A stretch of DNA of 64,000 bases, from IMG/VR virus record IMGVR_UViG_3300031182_000006; one strand, written 5' to 3'. The notes under the pieces are model-generated. The model was not told where the DNA came from. It did not search any database and saw only the letters and a list, made by a program, of their open reading frames with translations. This DNA is from an uncultured virus (IMG/VR IMGVR_UViG_3300031182_000006). Lineage: Duplodnaviria; Heunggongvirae; Uroviricota; Caudoviricetes. Positions within the stretch are counted from its first letter, which is position 1. The number at the start of each line of letters is the position of its first letter. A program made the position numbers and the translations under genes. Positions 1 through 10,434 of the stretch are shown piece after piece.

Positions 1-114
1 TTTTATGATGACAATAAAAATCGATGATTAATTTAATATATTTCGAGGGAAATAAAGTAGGGGACGCGAGTACTTACTCACATCCCCTACAGAATGATCA
101 ATGCTGGACGTTAG

Positions 115-627
115 TTAAAGGTAGTAGCTATGCTTCTTCTTTTCTTTCTTGCCACCTTCGTAGCTGAACGAAAGTGCACCGAAACCGCCGAACGGCTCGC
201 GCTCGCGTTCTTCACGGCCTTCGAAACGATCATCCCGGTCTCCATGATCTTCGCTGTTCTTCCGGACGATCCGTTCATACAGTTCAGCAGCTTCCTTGAT
301 ATCGAAATTCAGAATACCAAGAGCTTCGCTGATGCGCACGTCGCGCTCTCTGTCCGGGTCCGTAAGGCAGCGAATTTGGTTGATCATGTCGTGAACGACG
401 CGCAGAGCGTTGCTGATGTCGCGGCCCGGAATTTGTTCCATGGAAAAGGTTTCGCCGCAACGTTTGCACTCAAAGCGACCATCAGACAGAACACGAAGAG
501 CAAGCTTGCCGCTTTTCTTGCGGTGGCTGCAACGAGATACAATGCGCTTTTCTTTCTCACGGAGTTGACGACGCAGTTCGTAAAGATCGTTTCTTTCTTT
601 GTCGAATTCTTTGTTTTTCTTACCCAT
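115..627 (-). CDS. hypothetical protein with putative Zn-ribbon
   Basis: 170 aa, GGAGG RBS, CSH...CKRC motifs, hairpin terminator at 57-90. Confidence 0.7.
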   Translation of the reverse strand: MGKKNKEFDKERNDLYELRRQLREKEKRIVSRCSHRKKSGKLALRVLSDGRFECKRCGETFSMEQIPGRDISNALRVVHDMINQIRCLTDPDRERDVRISEALGILNFDIKEAAELYERIVRKNSEDHGDRDDRFEGREEREREPFGGFGALSFSYEGGKKEKKKHSYYL

Positions 628-857
628 CTAGTATTCCTCCTTAATTTGGTTATTTTTTTGTTTTCTCCAAAGTAAGTTTTAATTAAACTTACTCTTGAGA
701 CCTTAATAATTAGTTTCGCAAATAATAAAATACTGCAATTTTTCTACGATCCGCTAGGTGAAATTAATCGATATTAATCTCTCCTTTACAGAATATTATT
801 TATTTTCTTTCTGGCCTTATAATATAGATTCGAAATATTTATTAATTTTTTTCGGTT

Positions 858-891
858 AAAAGATCCTACGGAATATTCCGTAGGATCTTTT
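858..891. terminator. intrinsic terminator (perfect 34-bp palindrome)
   Basis: aaaagatcctacggaatattccgtaggatctttt directly after the stop of 893..1174. Confidence 0.8.
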
Positions 892-892
892 A

Positions 893-1174
893 TTAAAAAC
901 CAATGAAACGGCTATTAACGGTATCCCAGTCACTTTCACTTTTTACAATAACTATTGTTTGGATATGACCAATATGTTTAGCCACCCTAACCTTAGTTCC
1001 TTTAGGATCTTCAACTTCAAAGACGAGATGCTGAATACTTGGTATATAATTTTTGGCAAGTGAAAATCTATTATTTTTAGTAAAAAGATGGCGTGCAGAG
1101 TTGTCAAACACGAAACCAAGAATATTTTCTTCCCCAAAATATGCCACAGTTGCAAGAAAAATATCTTCTTCCAT
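893..1174 (-). CDS. hypothetical protein
   Basis: 93 aa, GAGGAGG RBS, start overlaps upstream stop (TAATG). Confidence 0.7.
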   Translation of the reverse strand: MEEDIFLATVAYFGEENILGFVFDNSARHLFTKNNRFSLAKNYIPSIQHLVFEVEDPKGTKVRVAKHIGHIQTIVIVKSESDWDTVNSRFIGF

Positions 1175-1338
1175 TACTTTTTCCTCCTCTTCTTTTTACG
1201 CTTACCTTTACCATGATGTAGGTTAAATTTCTTTTTTATTTCAGCTATTTTTTGCTCTCTTGTTTTATAAGGTTTAGGTTTAGCTTTAGGTAGCGCTTCC
1301 CCTATTTTTTCAAGTGCAAAAGGTACTTTTGGTAGCAT
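1174..1338 (-). CDS. small highly basic protein (54 aa, not in ORF track)
   Basis: MLPKVPFALEKIG...HHGKGKRKKKRRKK, GGAAGGAG RBS, stop overlaps next start. Confidence 0.65.
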   Translation of the reverse strand: MLPKVPFALEKIGEALPKAKPKPYKTREQKIAEIKKKFNLHHGKGKRKKKRRKK

Positions 1339-1411
1339 TAGTATTACTCCTTCCTACGTTTATATATTATTTAAGTGAAGTGTAATAAATAATCTAAAAG
1401 GAGTGTTTTAA

Positions 1412-1588
1412 ATGGGTAAAATGGAAGAAAAAATCTACGAAACACGGGCACGGCTCCATATGCACACTGAGAGTGCAGCAAGGAAAGTTCGCAGCACAAC
1501 GAACAAAATCATTCCGATTCACCCCAACCCGTACCATTTCGCGGTGAATATCAAAGATGGTATCCGCCGCATCTTCAAAAAATATTAA
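1412..1588 (+). CDS. small basic protein (58 aa, not in ORF track)
   Basis: MGKMEEKIYETRARLH...RRIFKKY, AAGGAG RBS, TATATATTAT motif at 1361-1370, terminator hairpin near 1629-1662. Confidence 0.65.
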   Translation: MGKMEEKIYETRARLHMHTESAARKVRSTTNKIIPIHPNPYHFAVNIKDGIRRIFKKY

Positions 1589-1662
1589 AATTGCCCTCCG
1601 GCGACCACTCATGGTCGATTTTGTCCCAGGCCTTGTCGATAACGACAAGGCCCTATTTTTTT

Positions 1663-2910
1663 CTATGCGACTTTATCAAATACATTTGATTTTTTTGTGG
1701 GTGATCTGAAAACTGGCTGCTTAGCCAAAATCAGACCCTTAACTGCACGAGTAATGGATGTATAAAGCCACTTATTATAGTACTCTTGGTCACCAATACG
1801 TTCGTCATATACGAAAACGTTATCGTACTGGGAACCTTGAGCCAAGTGTGCGGTAATTACATAACCAAACTGAAATTTATTATAGTTATTGAATTTAGAC
1901 ATGATATTTTCATTCTTAGCGGCTTCTGCCATGTCTGTGAAAAGATATCGATAATCTATTTCTACCTGTTCAAATATTTCTTCAGTTTTAAACTCGGGTC
2001 GAAAATCTATCTTAATAGATCTTCTATTATAACTTTCTAGGTCCATATCGTCGACATATCCAATCAACCCATTAATTAAACAAATTCCATTATCAATAGA
2101 TAGATTCCAATTATTTTGTCTGCAAATAAGCTTTTCTCCCAAAACAAGAGTGTCTTTCTGTTTGACTCCAATGATGTTTTGTCTATAATACTCTGTCATT
2201 CGTTGACGAGTAGAATTTTTCCCACAGATTATAATGTCTGCCTTTGAAAGCATTTGGTCTGTTATCATTTCCTTAGGAATGACAAAACACCTATCGCCAT
2301 ATTTACCAATAGGTATTTCTTCTCCCTTTATAGCCATCTGACTAAGAATAACAATGGGATCATTCTTAGCCTGACGCATGACCTCAGTGAGAATGAAATC
2401 TGGCTTAATAAGAAATGCAGGCTTACCGAATACTGGCGGTAACTGATTGAGATCCCCTAAAACAATCACAGGTAAACCAAAACTAAGTATGTCATTCTTA
2501 ATCTGCTCATTTATCATAGAACCTTCATCGACAACCAAAAGTTTAATATAAGGAGGAAGAAATTTTTTTCTCTCAAACCCCTTATATTTAACGACTCTAT
2601 TGTTCTTAATAACTTCATTTCCGTCTTCATCATAAAGAGTTTTATAGACTATGTCATAAAGGGATGCATGTATGGTTTTGGCTATATTACCACGGAGAGT
2701 TAACATCATCGCCGCTTTCCCGACATAGGCCATATATAAAACCTCATGGGGTTCAAGACCTATTCTTTCAATCATTAGTTCAATGATACTTGTTTTACCT
2801 GAACCAGCTGGTCCAGATATCTCATATGTCTGCTTGTATTGCGTTAACCACCATTTAGTACAGTCATTGAGCAATTCTTTTTGTTGTTCATTCAAATCAG
2901 CATAATCCAC
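1663..2910 (-). CDS. Dda/RecD-like SF1B DNA helicase
   Basis: Walker A GPAGSGKT, VVDEGSM, LGDLNQLPPV, TAHLAQGSQY, YTSITRA. Confidence 0.9.
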   Translation of the reverse strand: MDYADLNEQQKELLNDCTKWWLTQYKQTYEISGPAGSGKTSIIELMIERIGLEPHEVLYMAYVGKAAMMLTLRGNIAKTIHASLYDIVYKTLYDEDGNEVIKNNRVVKYKGFERKKFLPPYIKLLVVDEGSMINEQIKNDILSFGLPVIVLGDLNQLPPVFGKPAFLIKPDFILTEVMRQAKNDPIVILSQMAIKGEEIPIGKYGDRCFVIPKEMITDQMLSKADIIICGKNSTRQRMTEYYRQNIIGVKQKDTLVLGEKLICRQNNWNLSIDNGICLINGLIGYVDDMDLESYNRRSIKIDFRPEFKTEEIFEQVEIDYRYLFTDMAEAAKNENIMSKFNNYNKFQFGYVITAHLAQGSQYDNVFVYDERIGDQEYYNKWLYTSITRAVKGLILAKQPVFRSPTKKSNVFDKVA

Positions 2911-3020
2911 GGGGACAAGTACTCCCCCTTTCTCGAAAAAATAATTTATAAGAATGTATTTCCTTTTTTAACATGCTACATTAATTTAATACTGCGAATA
3001 TAGAGGTAGGTGGTAATTTT

Positions 3021-3389
3021 ATGATTGAAACGTTGGAAGATCTTAAACTTGAATCATTCGAATATGCATACTTGGTTGAAGATACATCCTATACAGCGGA
3101 TTCATTTCCTCTCTGGATGCCGAAGCTTCTTCCGTTAACAAATGGCTCGGCCAAGAGAGAAAATACCGTTGTTATAAACAACAATATTTTCATCAATGAA
3201 GTTAAACCAGAAACACCCTCATCCGTTTCTGCTAGAAATTATATTAGAATTCCAAAATACAGAAAGGCAGATTTTCTTTATAAGGTAGATAATTATCCTC
3301 ATAACACATCCATTAAAAGAGGGGCGTCCTTTTTGGTAAATGTGTTAAATAGTAATATTCAGACTATGTACGTTACAGATAATATTTAA
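3021..3389 (+). CDS. hypothetical, possibly virion protein
   Basis: 122 aa with RBS, upstream of a baseplate-like gene. Confidence 0.6.
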   Translation: MIETLEDLKLESFEYAYLVEDTSYTADSFPLWMPKLLPLTNGSAKRENTVVINNNIFINEVKPETPSSVSARNYIRIPKYRKADFLYKVDNYPHNTSIKRGASFLVNVLNSNIQTMYVTDNI

Positions 3390-3406
3390 TAAAGGAGAAT
3401 GGTATT

Positions 3407-3841
3407 ATGCCACCTTTAGGTATACCGGATTACGGGTCAATGCAAGGCCTTATAGATTACAGTAAGAGTCTTGATATTTCTCATGCTAAACTCCATTTCA
3501 AAACCCTCATACAATCTGAACAAAATAAACTTATCATCAATACGATGTCTATAATCGATAAATATTATGACGTTATAAAAGCAAATACAGTTGACTATCA
3601 AATGACAGATGCCGAATTAATAAAATATAAATTTCAACCCAAGTATCTCTCTTTTGATCTTTATGGTACGACCGAACTCTGGTCTCTTATCTTAAAGGTT
3701 AATAATATGCTTAGTGCTACCCAATTCACGAGAAGGAATATAAAGATCCTCACGAATAATATATTCTCTGTATTGAATGAGATTCTAATTCTTGAGGATA
3801 AAGAAATTAAAGAAAATAATTTGTTGGTATATAGGAAATAA
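3407..3841 (+). CDS. baseplate wedge protein, T4 gp53/LysM-like
   Basis: motif PKYLSFDLYGTTELWSLILKVNNM. Confidence 0.65.
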   Translation: MPPLGIPDYGSMQGLIDYSKSLDISHAKLHFKTLIQSEQNKLIINTMSIIDKYYDVIKANTVDYQMTDAELIKYKFQPKYLSFDLYGTTELWSLILKVNNMLSATQFTRRNIKILTNNIFSVLNEILILEDKEIKENNLLVYRK

Positions 3842-3939
3842 AGGAAGAGGTCAATTCCTCTTCCTTTATTTTTTTTTTCTTAGTAATCTCACTCACCAGA
3901 TTTATATATTATAGATCTGGAAAGGGGTGAGAAACGTCT

Positions 3940-4308
3940 ATGAAAACATTCAAAATTGAAGTATTGCATGTTCCTTCTTATATTGCATCTAGATGTGTCT
4001 CACAAATACCCCAAAAGATGTCAATTGCGGCAAAAGATAGCTTCGAAGCAATTAATTTATTTCTCACAAATGCAGTAAAAAGCATGGGAAATATCATTCA
4101 TGAAATAGCATCATATTTACAAGGTCCTTCCTTCATCATTAAAGACAATCATATCGAACTCGGAAAATATGTAATCTATATGAGAAGGAGCGCAGATAAG
4201 AGCGGGACTATTGTTACAGTAAAAGACTATCGCGGGATTACAGTACCCAATCTCGGCATTTATGTAAAAAGGGAAATCGAAGAACAAGAAAAATACTTCG
4301 TATGGTGA
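3940..4308 (+). CDS. hypothetical early protein
   Basis: 122 aa, TATATATTAT at 3903-3912, GGGGTG RBS, terminator near 4317-4352. Confidence 0.65.
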   Translation: MKTFKIEVLHVPSYIASRCVSQIPQKMSIAAKDSFEAINLFLTNAVKSMGNIIHEIASYLQGPSFIIKDNHIELGKYVIYMRRSADKSGTIVTVKDYRGITVPNLGIYVKREIEEQEKYFVW

Positions 4309-4366
4309 AATAAAAAATAAACGGCTATGGATTTATACCATAGCCGTTTATTTTTTTTATTAGAAC

Positions 4367-6052
4367 CTATGATGCCTTCTTATTGATAGCTGTGCTGAAA
4401 TCAAATACACTGTCAAAATCATCAGAGTCATCGACAACTTCTCTTTCAGTTGCATTTCTTTTACCTTTCTTAGCAACGAGATCAACAATTCCTTCAAAGT
4501 CAGAAGCAAGACTTTCTTCAGACAACGATGTTTCAAGATGAATATCATCAATAAGTCTAACTCTATTTCCGATTTCGAACGGATGGTTGAAATAACCAAG
4601 TTCATTTGGATTCGGATCTTTATAACGAAGTTTAACCCGCTTAAATGTAAGATAGAATTGATCAGTTCCACGTTTCTTTTCAACGTTGATAATACAACAC
4701 CAGTCGCTATTCTCGATAACTTCCCAGGCACTACCGACATTAGATCGACCGACAAACCTAGCGAGGTCCTCTTTATTCGCGGTCATAGCCGAGTCAATTG
4801 TAGTTGCGGCTTCCCGGTTCAGTTGGTGAGCTGTAATAACCGGAATGTCTTTATCTGTTGCCAGATTCTTGAGTTCGTTCGTAATATTTTTGAGTTCTTC
4901 TTTTTCATCCTTACCGCGCTCCGCTGGACGGATACGCTTAATATAATCAAGAACGAGAGCGATTACTTCTCCTCCCTCATCTTCGATATCTTCAATAATC
5001 GTATAAAGATCTGCTGTACTAATCGATCTATTCGGATAATATTTGATTATGATGTTAATATCATCTTCGTCATCAATACGAAGCTCACCTTTAGTTTTCA
5101 TCAACTTAACGATTTCTTTAGCCGTATAATTCCTAATATTTTCCGAAGATACACTCATATTGAATAAACGTTCCACAGACTCTTCAAGAGAGTTTTCCAT
5201 AGTCAACATAAGTACTGTCTTACGTTTACCTGCTTTTTTCGAAGGAACATCTTTATTATATTTCTTAATATCCCTCGCTGTCTTCAGAAGGATACCAGAT
5301 TTAAAACCTGCTGGGAGACCGAGATACATATAAAGACGTTTGGAGAAGTATCCCCCACCAAGTATAGCATTCAATTTTTTGATACCGCTTTTCAAAATTC
5401 TCGAAGGATCAATCAACCTGATAGCAATATCTTCGAGCGTTAAATCAAAGTTTTCATCAGCCAGATTTAACGTATCGACATCATCCAAGACCTGAGTCTT
5501 TCGAGTCTCCGCCAGGAGATCTCTTACCAAAGATAAAAGCTCTTCATTAATTTCCTTAAACGAATCATAATCTCCCGAATCAATTCTCTCGATAAGTTCA
5601 TAAAGTTCATCCTTATAATGGAAAATGAAAAAGTATTTAAGACGTTCTTGAATCGCTTTATTGATAAATTGAATTTCGTTGTAATTAATCTTTCGATAAT
5701 GGTCAAGATTGTTAATAATTTCATCGATTTCTTTATTCTGGGAATCGCTATCGCTTCGGCAATAGTTGATAATGATATTTTCGTTCTCCATTCCCTCAAT
5801 AAGTTTTGCATGAAGAGCACGTTTGATAAAATGAATTCTAGCTTCCATCTTTTCATTACCTTCATAAGCTCTTTCATCCAATACATCAAATAGCTTTTTC
5901 ATATTACTTAAGGCTTTTTTAGTCACTTGTCTTTTTGGAGTAAATATGTAACCGATAAACATGTTAAGCATAGATATGTCAAACTTAAGGAATATTTTTT
6001 TATCCTCATAAACTTTCTGTTTTTTATTATAACCCCAAGCCAATATTATCAC
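4367..6052 (-). CDS. DnaB-like replicative helicase
   Basis: GLPAGFKS Walker A variant, LTMEN, VLDYI, ITAHQLNR. Confidence 0.85.
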   Translation of the reverse strand: MIILAWGYNKKQKVYEDKKIFLKFDISMLNMFIGYIFTPKRQVTKKALSNMKKLFDVLDERAYEGNEKMEARIHFIKRALHAKLIEGMENENIIINYCRSDSDSQNKEIDEIINNLDHYRKINYNEIQFINKAIQERLKYFFIFHYKDELYELIERIDSGDYDSFKEINEELLSLVRDLLAETRKTQVLDDVDTLNLADENFDLTLEDIAIRLIDPSRILKSGIKKLNAILGGGYFSKRLYMYLGLPAGFKSGILLKTARDIKKYNKDVPSKKAGKRKTVLMLTMENSLEESVERLFNMSVSSENIRNYTAKEIVKLMKTKGELRIDDEDDINIIIKYYPNRSISTADLYTIIEDIEDEGGEVIALVLDYIKRIRPAERGKDEKEELKNITNELKNLATDKDIPVITAHQLNREAATTIDSAMTANKEDLARFVGRSNVGSAWEVIENSDWCCIINVEKKRGTDQFYLTFKRVKLRYKDPNPNELGYFNHPFEIGNRVRLIDDIHLETSLSEESLASDFEGIVDLVAKKGKRNATEREVVDDSDDFDSVFDFSTAINKKAS

Positions 6053-7266
6053 TCCCCAGATAAATACCTATCAAACAGGTATTCTCTCATTTTCTCTATC
6101 GAAATGTTTTTCTGATATTTCTCTTTAATATAACGCGAAATCTTTTCTTCTACGGGTATTTTCTTATCAAATATGAACCCATATCTTTCCAGAAGTATAT
6201 TAATTTTTCTTTCCATCTCTTTATTCTTAACTACTTTGCCGTTGTTGTTAATTTTCAATTTAAACTTCTTATACTTGCTGAATACACTGTTAAGCATTGA
6301 TGTTAACAATGAAGGATTTGGATGATTTTCAGGTATATTAACTTCTAAACGTAAATAATCCCTGTTATCTGCCAAATTGTCTACTAGTTTAACAAGATAA
6401 TCTATCTGATCTTCAATTGAATTATCTGGGTTGCAATCAACTTCCATAGTTTCAAATTTTCTAGCGGTTTTATTTACAATAAATTCGGTTTTAAATTCAG
6501 ATGTGATTGGCGAATAGCAAAATAAATAATATCCTTTATCCTCTTCTTCTCCAAATGCCCATCTTGAAAAAGAATTAGTGTAGAAAAATCTATTTTTGAT
6601 CACTATTTTTTTATGGATATGACCGAAAAAGATCGGACCTTTACAAATTTCGATAAGCTCATCGACTTTGAAGACCGGTGCTTTAGGCATAGTCATTTCA
6701 CTTTCTTGTGTTGCTGCCATATGTAATGCTTCTTGAATGAGTCCATGACCGAAAATACTATCATATTGCTTAGAAAAATAATCTTTATAGTATTCATTTT
6801 TATCTTCGATATATTCTTCTGGTATATACAACACATGATAATCTTCAAATAACCACTCAGATTCTACATTTTGGATAATTTTTACATCACAATCGGCATT
6901 TGTAAGTAATGCCTCGATTATTTCCAGTTGATTGTTATCATGAGATTCTGTACCTTTAACGATTCTCAGTTTAGAATTCTTTTTCGAGCAAATTTTTACT
7001 AATCTATTGAGAAATAATGCCAAATATTTAGCGTGACTTGAGTTAAAAGATATTTTATTATTAAGAGTATCCCCACAAAGGATAATAAAATCAAGAACCG
7101 GCATATTTTCAGCCGGTTCTAGAAGAGATTTTTCAATTTCATGAAACCAAATGTCAGCTTCAAAAGCTCCACAATGTAAATCTCCTACAGCTATCCCAAC
7201 ATATGCAGGATTTTTTATTTCAACCTTCAAGGATATTCCCCCATCCATCTCTAATATTAAGATCAT
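6049..7266 (-). CDS. SbcD/Mre11-like metallophosphoesterase nuclease
   Basis: GDLH, CGD, GTESHD, GHIH motifs; true start may lie slightly downstream. Confidence 0.85.
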   Translation of the reverse strand: MILILEMDGGISLKVEIKNPAYVGIAVGDLHCGAFEADIWFHEIEKSLLEPAENMPVLDFIILCGDTLNNKISFNSSHAKYLALFLNRLVKICSKKNSKLRIVKGTESHDNNQLEIIEALLTNADCDVKIIQNVESEWLFEDYHVLYIPEEYIEDKNEYYKDYFSKQYDSIFGHGLIQEALHMAATQESEMTMPKAPVFKVDELIEICKGPIFFGHIHKKIVIKNRFFYTNSFSRWAFGEEEDKGYYLFCYSPITSEFKTEFIVNKTARKFETMEVDCNPDNSIEDQIDYLVKLVDNLADNRDYLRLEVNIPENHPNPSLLTSMLNSVFSKYKKFKLKINNNGKVVKNKEMERKINILLERYGFIFDKKIPVEEKISRYIKEKYQKNISIEKMREYLFDRYLSGE

Positions 7267-7897
7267 ACCATGTATGAAATAAGTCCAAAAGTTTTTTAAA
7301 CGCTTCTATATATGGTTCTAGTTCAGTTCTTTGTATAAATTTAGGCTCTGCTTCTCCTTTATTTTTCAAAAGCAAAATAGCAACCTGATCAACTTGTTTA
7401 CCTTGTGATTCAAGTATCATACAATAAGCTGCTAGTTGTAAGAACATGGTTGCATAAAATCTCTTAGAGGTTTTATAATCCAAAATCGTATATTTATCAT
7501 TTATAAGTCCATAGAAATCACAAGTGCCACCAAATCTATCCGAAACTAAAATTTGCTCAGTAAAAATAGGTTCTACTTTATTTTTCTTATACCATGAAAG
7601 AAATGAATCAAAATACCTAATTACTGTTTGCTTATCTGAATAATCACCAATCCATATGTAATAGTATTTCATTACAAAAGCTCTGACTATACCATGAACT
7701 AATGTACCAATTCGTGATGTTTCTTCGAGTACATTATCTACATTTATACCCCTAAAGCCCATAATATTGGCCCATTTAGTTAGAAAAGGTTTATTTAATA
7801 TCTTCAAAATAGTTGTCACACTTGGAACCTCTATACCATCTTGATTAACATAGATGGTATGATCTTTACTATATTTCATTCTACTCATCCTCTTCAA
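7220..7897 (-). CDS. PD-(D/E)XK exonuclease
   Basis: PSVTTIL, GTLVH, GTCD, ILDYKTS, QLAAY. Confidence 0.8.
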   Translation of the reverse strand: MKRMSRMKYSKDHTIYVNQDGIEVPSVTTILKILNKPFLTKWANIMGFRGINVDNVLEETSRIGTLVHGIVRAFVMKYYYIWIGDYSDKQTVIRYFDSFLSWYKKNKVEPIFTEQILVSDRFGGTCDFYGLINDKYTILDYKTSKRFYATMFLQLAAYCMILESQGKQVDQVAILLLKNKGEAEPKFIQRTELEPYIEAFKKLLDLFHTWYDLNIRDGWGNILEG

Positions 7898-8048
7898 ACT
7901 GATCTACTTTTATCCTTATTATTATCTGTAGTATACGGGTTCGGATTTGTCTTTTTACAGTAGTAACAACCATAGCTCTTAACATATGGGTTATTTTTTA
8001 AACATCTTTCATTGATGAATGGATTCTTTACCATTTTTGACACCTCAA

Positions 8049-8508
8049 TTATAGTATAACATTCAATATTCTCAACGACTTCTTCTTAACGTCTTCGTTA
8101 ATTTTTTTAGTATGATCGCACCAAGCAAGATTTGTATATGTAAACTCACCCATATATTGGTTATCGTCTATTATGACAAAATTCTTTACAATGTTTTTAT
8201 TCTGATCCAACCATTGGCGTATTTCAATAGGTCGAATAGTTTTATCCATTTCTTGAACTAAAATAGGCGTACAGCCTATAAATTTATCAACAAGTCCATA
8301 TTTTCCCAATTCTTCTTTAATTGCCTCTATTGCCCATTCAAAATGGCGCCAATTGGACGAAATAACTATCCTAGCATCAGCTTCATGTACTATTTCTTTC
8401 AAATATTTCATAGCATGTTGTTCGAATGTAATATATCCTCTCTTGTTGGGCGATAGCATCATTTATCACCCCGTCTATATCCAAAAATATTATATTCAAT
8501 CTATCCAT
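8049..8508 (-). pseudogene. frameshifted HAD-family phosphatase (Swiss Army Knife RNA repair-like HAD)
   Basis: N-terminus MDRLNIIFLDIDGVIN from 8508 is out of frame with the IVISSNWR...FVIIDD body in ORF 8049..8462. Confidence 0.75.
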
Positions 8509-8684
8509 TTTCTCCACCGACTCTCTATGTCGACTCCATAAAGTAACCTTACAATAAAGTTGAGAATAAAATTTATTAGTAGAAATTTTAATATCAAAAT
8601 CTTATAACCCATGTGGGAGAATTAATAACTACGGTCTTCTTTAACAATCTATTAATATTAATCTGAGAAAGGTGGCTTAAAAGG

Positions 8685-9635
8685 ATGGCGACAAAATCTG
8701 CCGAATCAACCTTTGTATACAGGAATCTCAATTCCGGTGATGCCCTTAGTTTGGCAGTCTTAAATATTATTCAAAACGGTATTCCTCTTACAAAAATTAA
8801 TCTTGAAGAAGCATTTATCATTATCAATAAAAACTTCAAGTATCCTCTGAAACTTAAGGTTTTAGAAGCGGTTGAAGATGGTACTATTCGTCTTATCTAC
8901 TCTCCAACAAAAACCAGAGTCCCGACATGTCTTCCGTTTTTCTTAACTAAAGATCAAAGTGGTAAAATTGTGGCCTTTGTCCTCGTTGACCTCTACGGAA
9001 GACTTAACCCGGATACGATGGTTGTAAATATTGATCCGAAAAAGCTTTATACTATTATGGAGGCCGCTCTGTTAGCCATTACCTACCATCAAAGACATAG
9101 GGAAATTTCTAAACGTAACATTATCATCACCAATGGTGCCTTGATTTATTCTAACATGTTTGCTAGGGTCCTTAATAAGAAATATGCACTCAATGCAGAC
9201 AAAAGTAGGTTACACAAAGTCCAGTTCCTTGCTTCTAAATTCTATATGCTTAACGTTCTTGGATTGGAAGACAATGATATTACTCTTAACTATGCTCTCA
9301 AAAGTGTACCAAACGGTAATGTTTTCCAACTGAGAGAAGTTAACTCTGCTTTTGATGACAAAAACTATGAGGATCTGGGGACTTTTATTAAAGGTCTTAC
9401 TGATCCTAATCTGAATCTTGGTCTCAAGGACCTTACAGTTAGAGGTTATCTTGAGGCATTCATCACGATGTACGACGGATCTGCTTTATTTGCTCTCGAA
9501 CTCTTCCCGTACTTTGTATACACAGTTAATTCCGTAATAAATGGTGCATACCTCAATAATCAATATGTGCTTGAAGACATTGTTGATAAACATGGTGCTA
9601 AAATTTATGTCGATCTTATCGACTTTGTCCGCTAA
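8685..9635 (+). CDS. hypothetical, probable late/virion protein
   Basis: 316 aa, AACA-N6-TA at 8643-8654, terminator near 9647-9700. Confidence 0.7.
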   Translation: MATKSAESTFVYRNLNSGDALSLAVLNIIQNGIPLTKINLEEAFIIINKNFKYPLKLKVLEAVEDGTIRLIYSPTKTRVPTCLPFFLTKDQSGKIVAFVLVDLYGRLNPDTMVVNIDPKKLYTIMEAALLAITYHQRHREISKRNIIITNGALIYSNMFARVLNKKYALNADKSRLHKVQFLASKFYMLNVLGLEDNDITLNYALKSVPNGNVFQLREVNSAFDDKNYEDLGTFIKGLTDPNLNLGLKDLTVRGYLEAFITMYDGSALFALELFPYFVYTVNSVINGAYLNNQYVLEDIVDKHGAKIYVDLIDFVR

Positions 9636-9879
9636 ATAAAGGAAATGTGCATAAGGACAAGGGCTTAGAGTCATTATAGCCCGTCCTTATGCACATCTTT
9701 TTTGTACATTTACGTAATAAAAAAAAGTATAACTATATTTTTCATTTTATTTTTTAATAAGAAAGGGGAGGTTGAAAATGAAAAAATAATTATTTAGTCC
9801 CCCTATAATAAATAATTATTCCATGTAGCCCCCAGATTACCCTCGGGAGGTGCAGGAATTAAAGTACATGTAATAATGA

Positions 9880-10236
9880 TTGAAGCCTATGGACATGTAC
9901 AGAGAGAAAAAAATGTCGGAGGGGAGCGCGAGTGTTATGGTCGATCCATCAACTGTCGGGGGCTGGGCTGAACTCATCGACAAGTATGGTTTTGTCTTAA
10001 TTTTTGCAATCGTAAGTGGTGTGATCAACCTTTATTTTGTAACTCAAATTATACGAGGAAAACTTGTTCCTTATAGTATCCATAAGAGAAGTCTAGAGGA
10101 AGCTGATAGACTTCAAAAATCCATGGAAAAAGAACGTGCTCAGTACATGTCTAAATTGTTAGAATTTATGGGCGGACTTAAGCCTCATAAGGGGGACCCA
10201 AACAATGATGGAAAATATAGTGAGAGGTCAAAATGA
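9880..10236 (+). CDS. membrane protein of lysis cassette (holin-like)
   Basis: one hydrophobic segment YGFVLIFAIVSGVINLYFV; start may be an internal Met. Confidence 0.55.
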   Translation: MKPMDMYREKKMSEGSASVMVDPSTVGGWAELIDKYGFVLIFAIVSGVINLYFVTQIIRGKLVPYSIHKRSLEEADRLQKSMEKERAQYMSKLLEFMGGLKPHKGDPNNDGKYSERSK

Positions 10237-10423
10237 AAGTTTTCTCACTAGACTTCTACTTAAATTCTCACCAGGACTGGCTAGGGAGAAACAAAAGGTA
10301 GATAGTATGTGTCATAAATCAGATATTATCATTAAGCAGTATTCTGAATTGAGTAAAGAAATTAGAGACGAGGTTGATAGAAACCACTTTTCGACATTGC
10401 TCAATTACGAAAAGAGAGCATAG
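10205..10423 (+). CDS. hypothetical protein in lysis cassette
   Basis: 72 aa, overlaps upstream gene. Confidence 0.55.
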   Translation: MMENIVRGQNESFLTRLLLKFSPGLAREKQKVDSMCHKSDIIIKQYSELSKEIRDEVDRNHFSTLLNYEKRA

Positions 10424-10434
10424 TCATCTTCTAA

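Noticed and set aside
7220..7897. Cas4
   Set aside because: PD-(D/E)XK motifs present but no four-Cys Fe-S pattern and no CRISPR context
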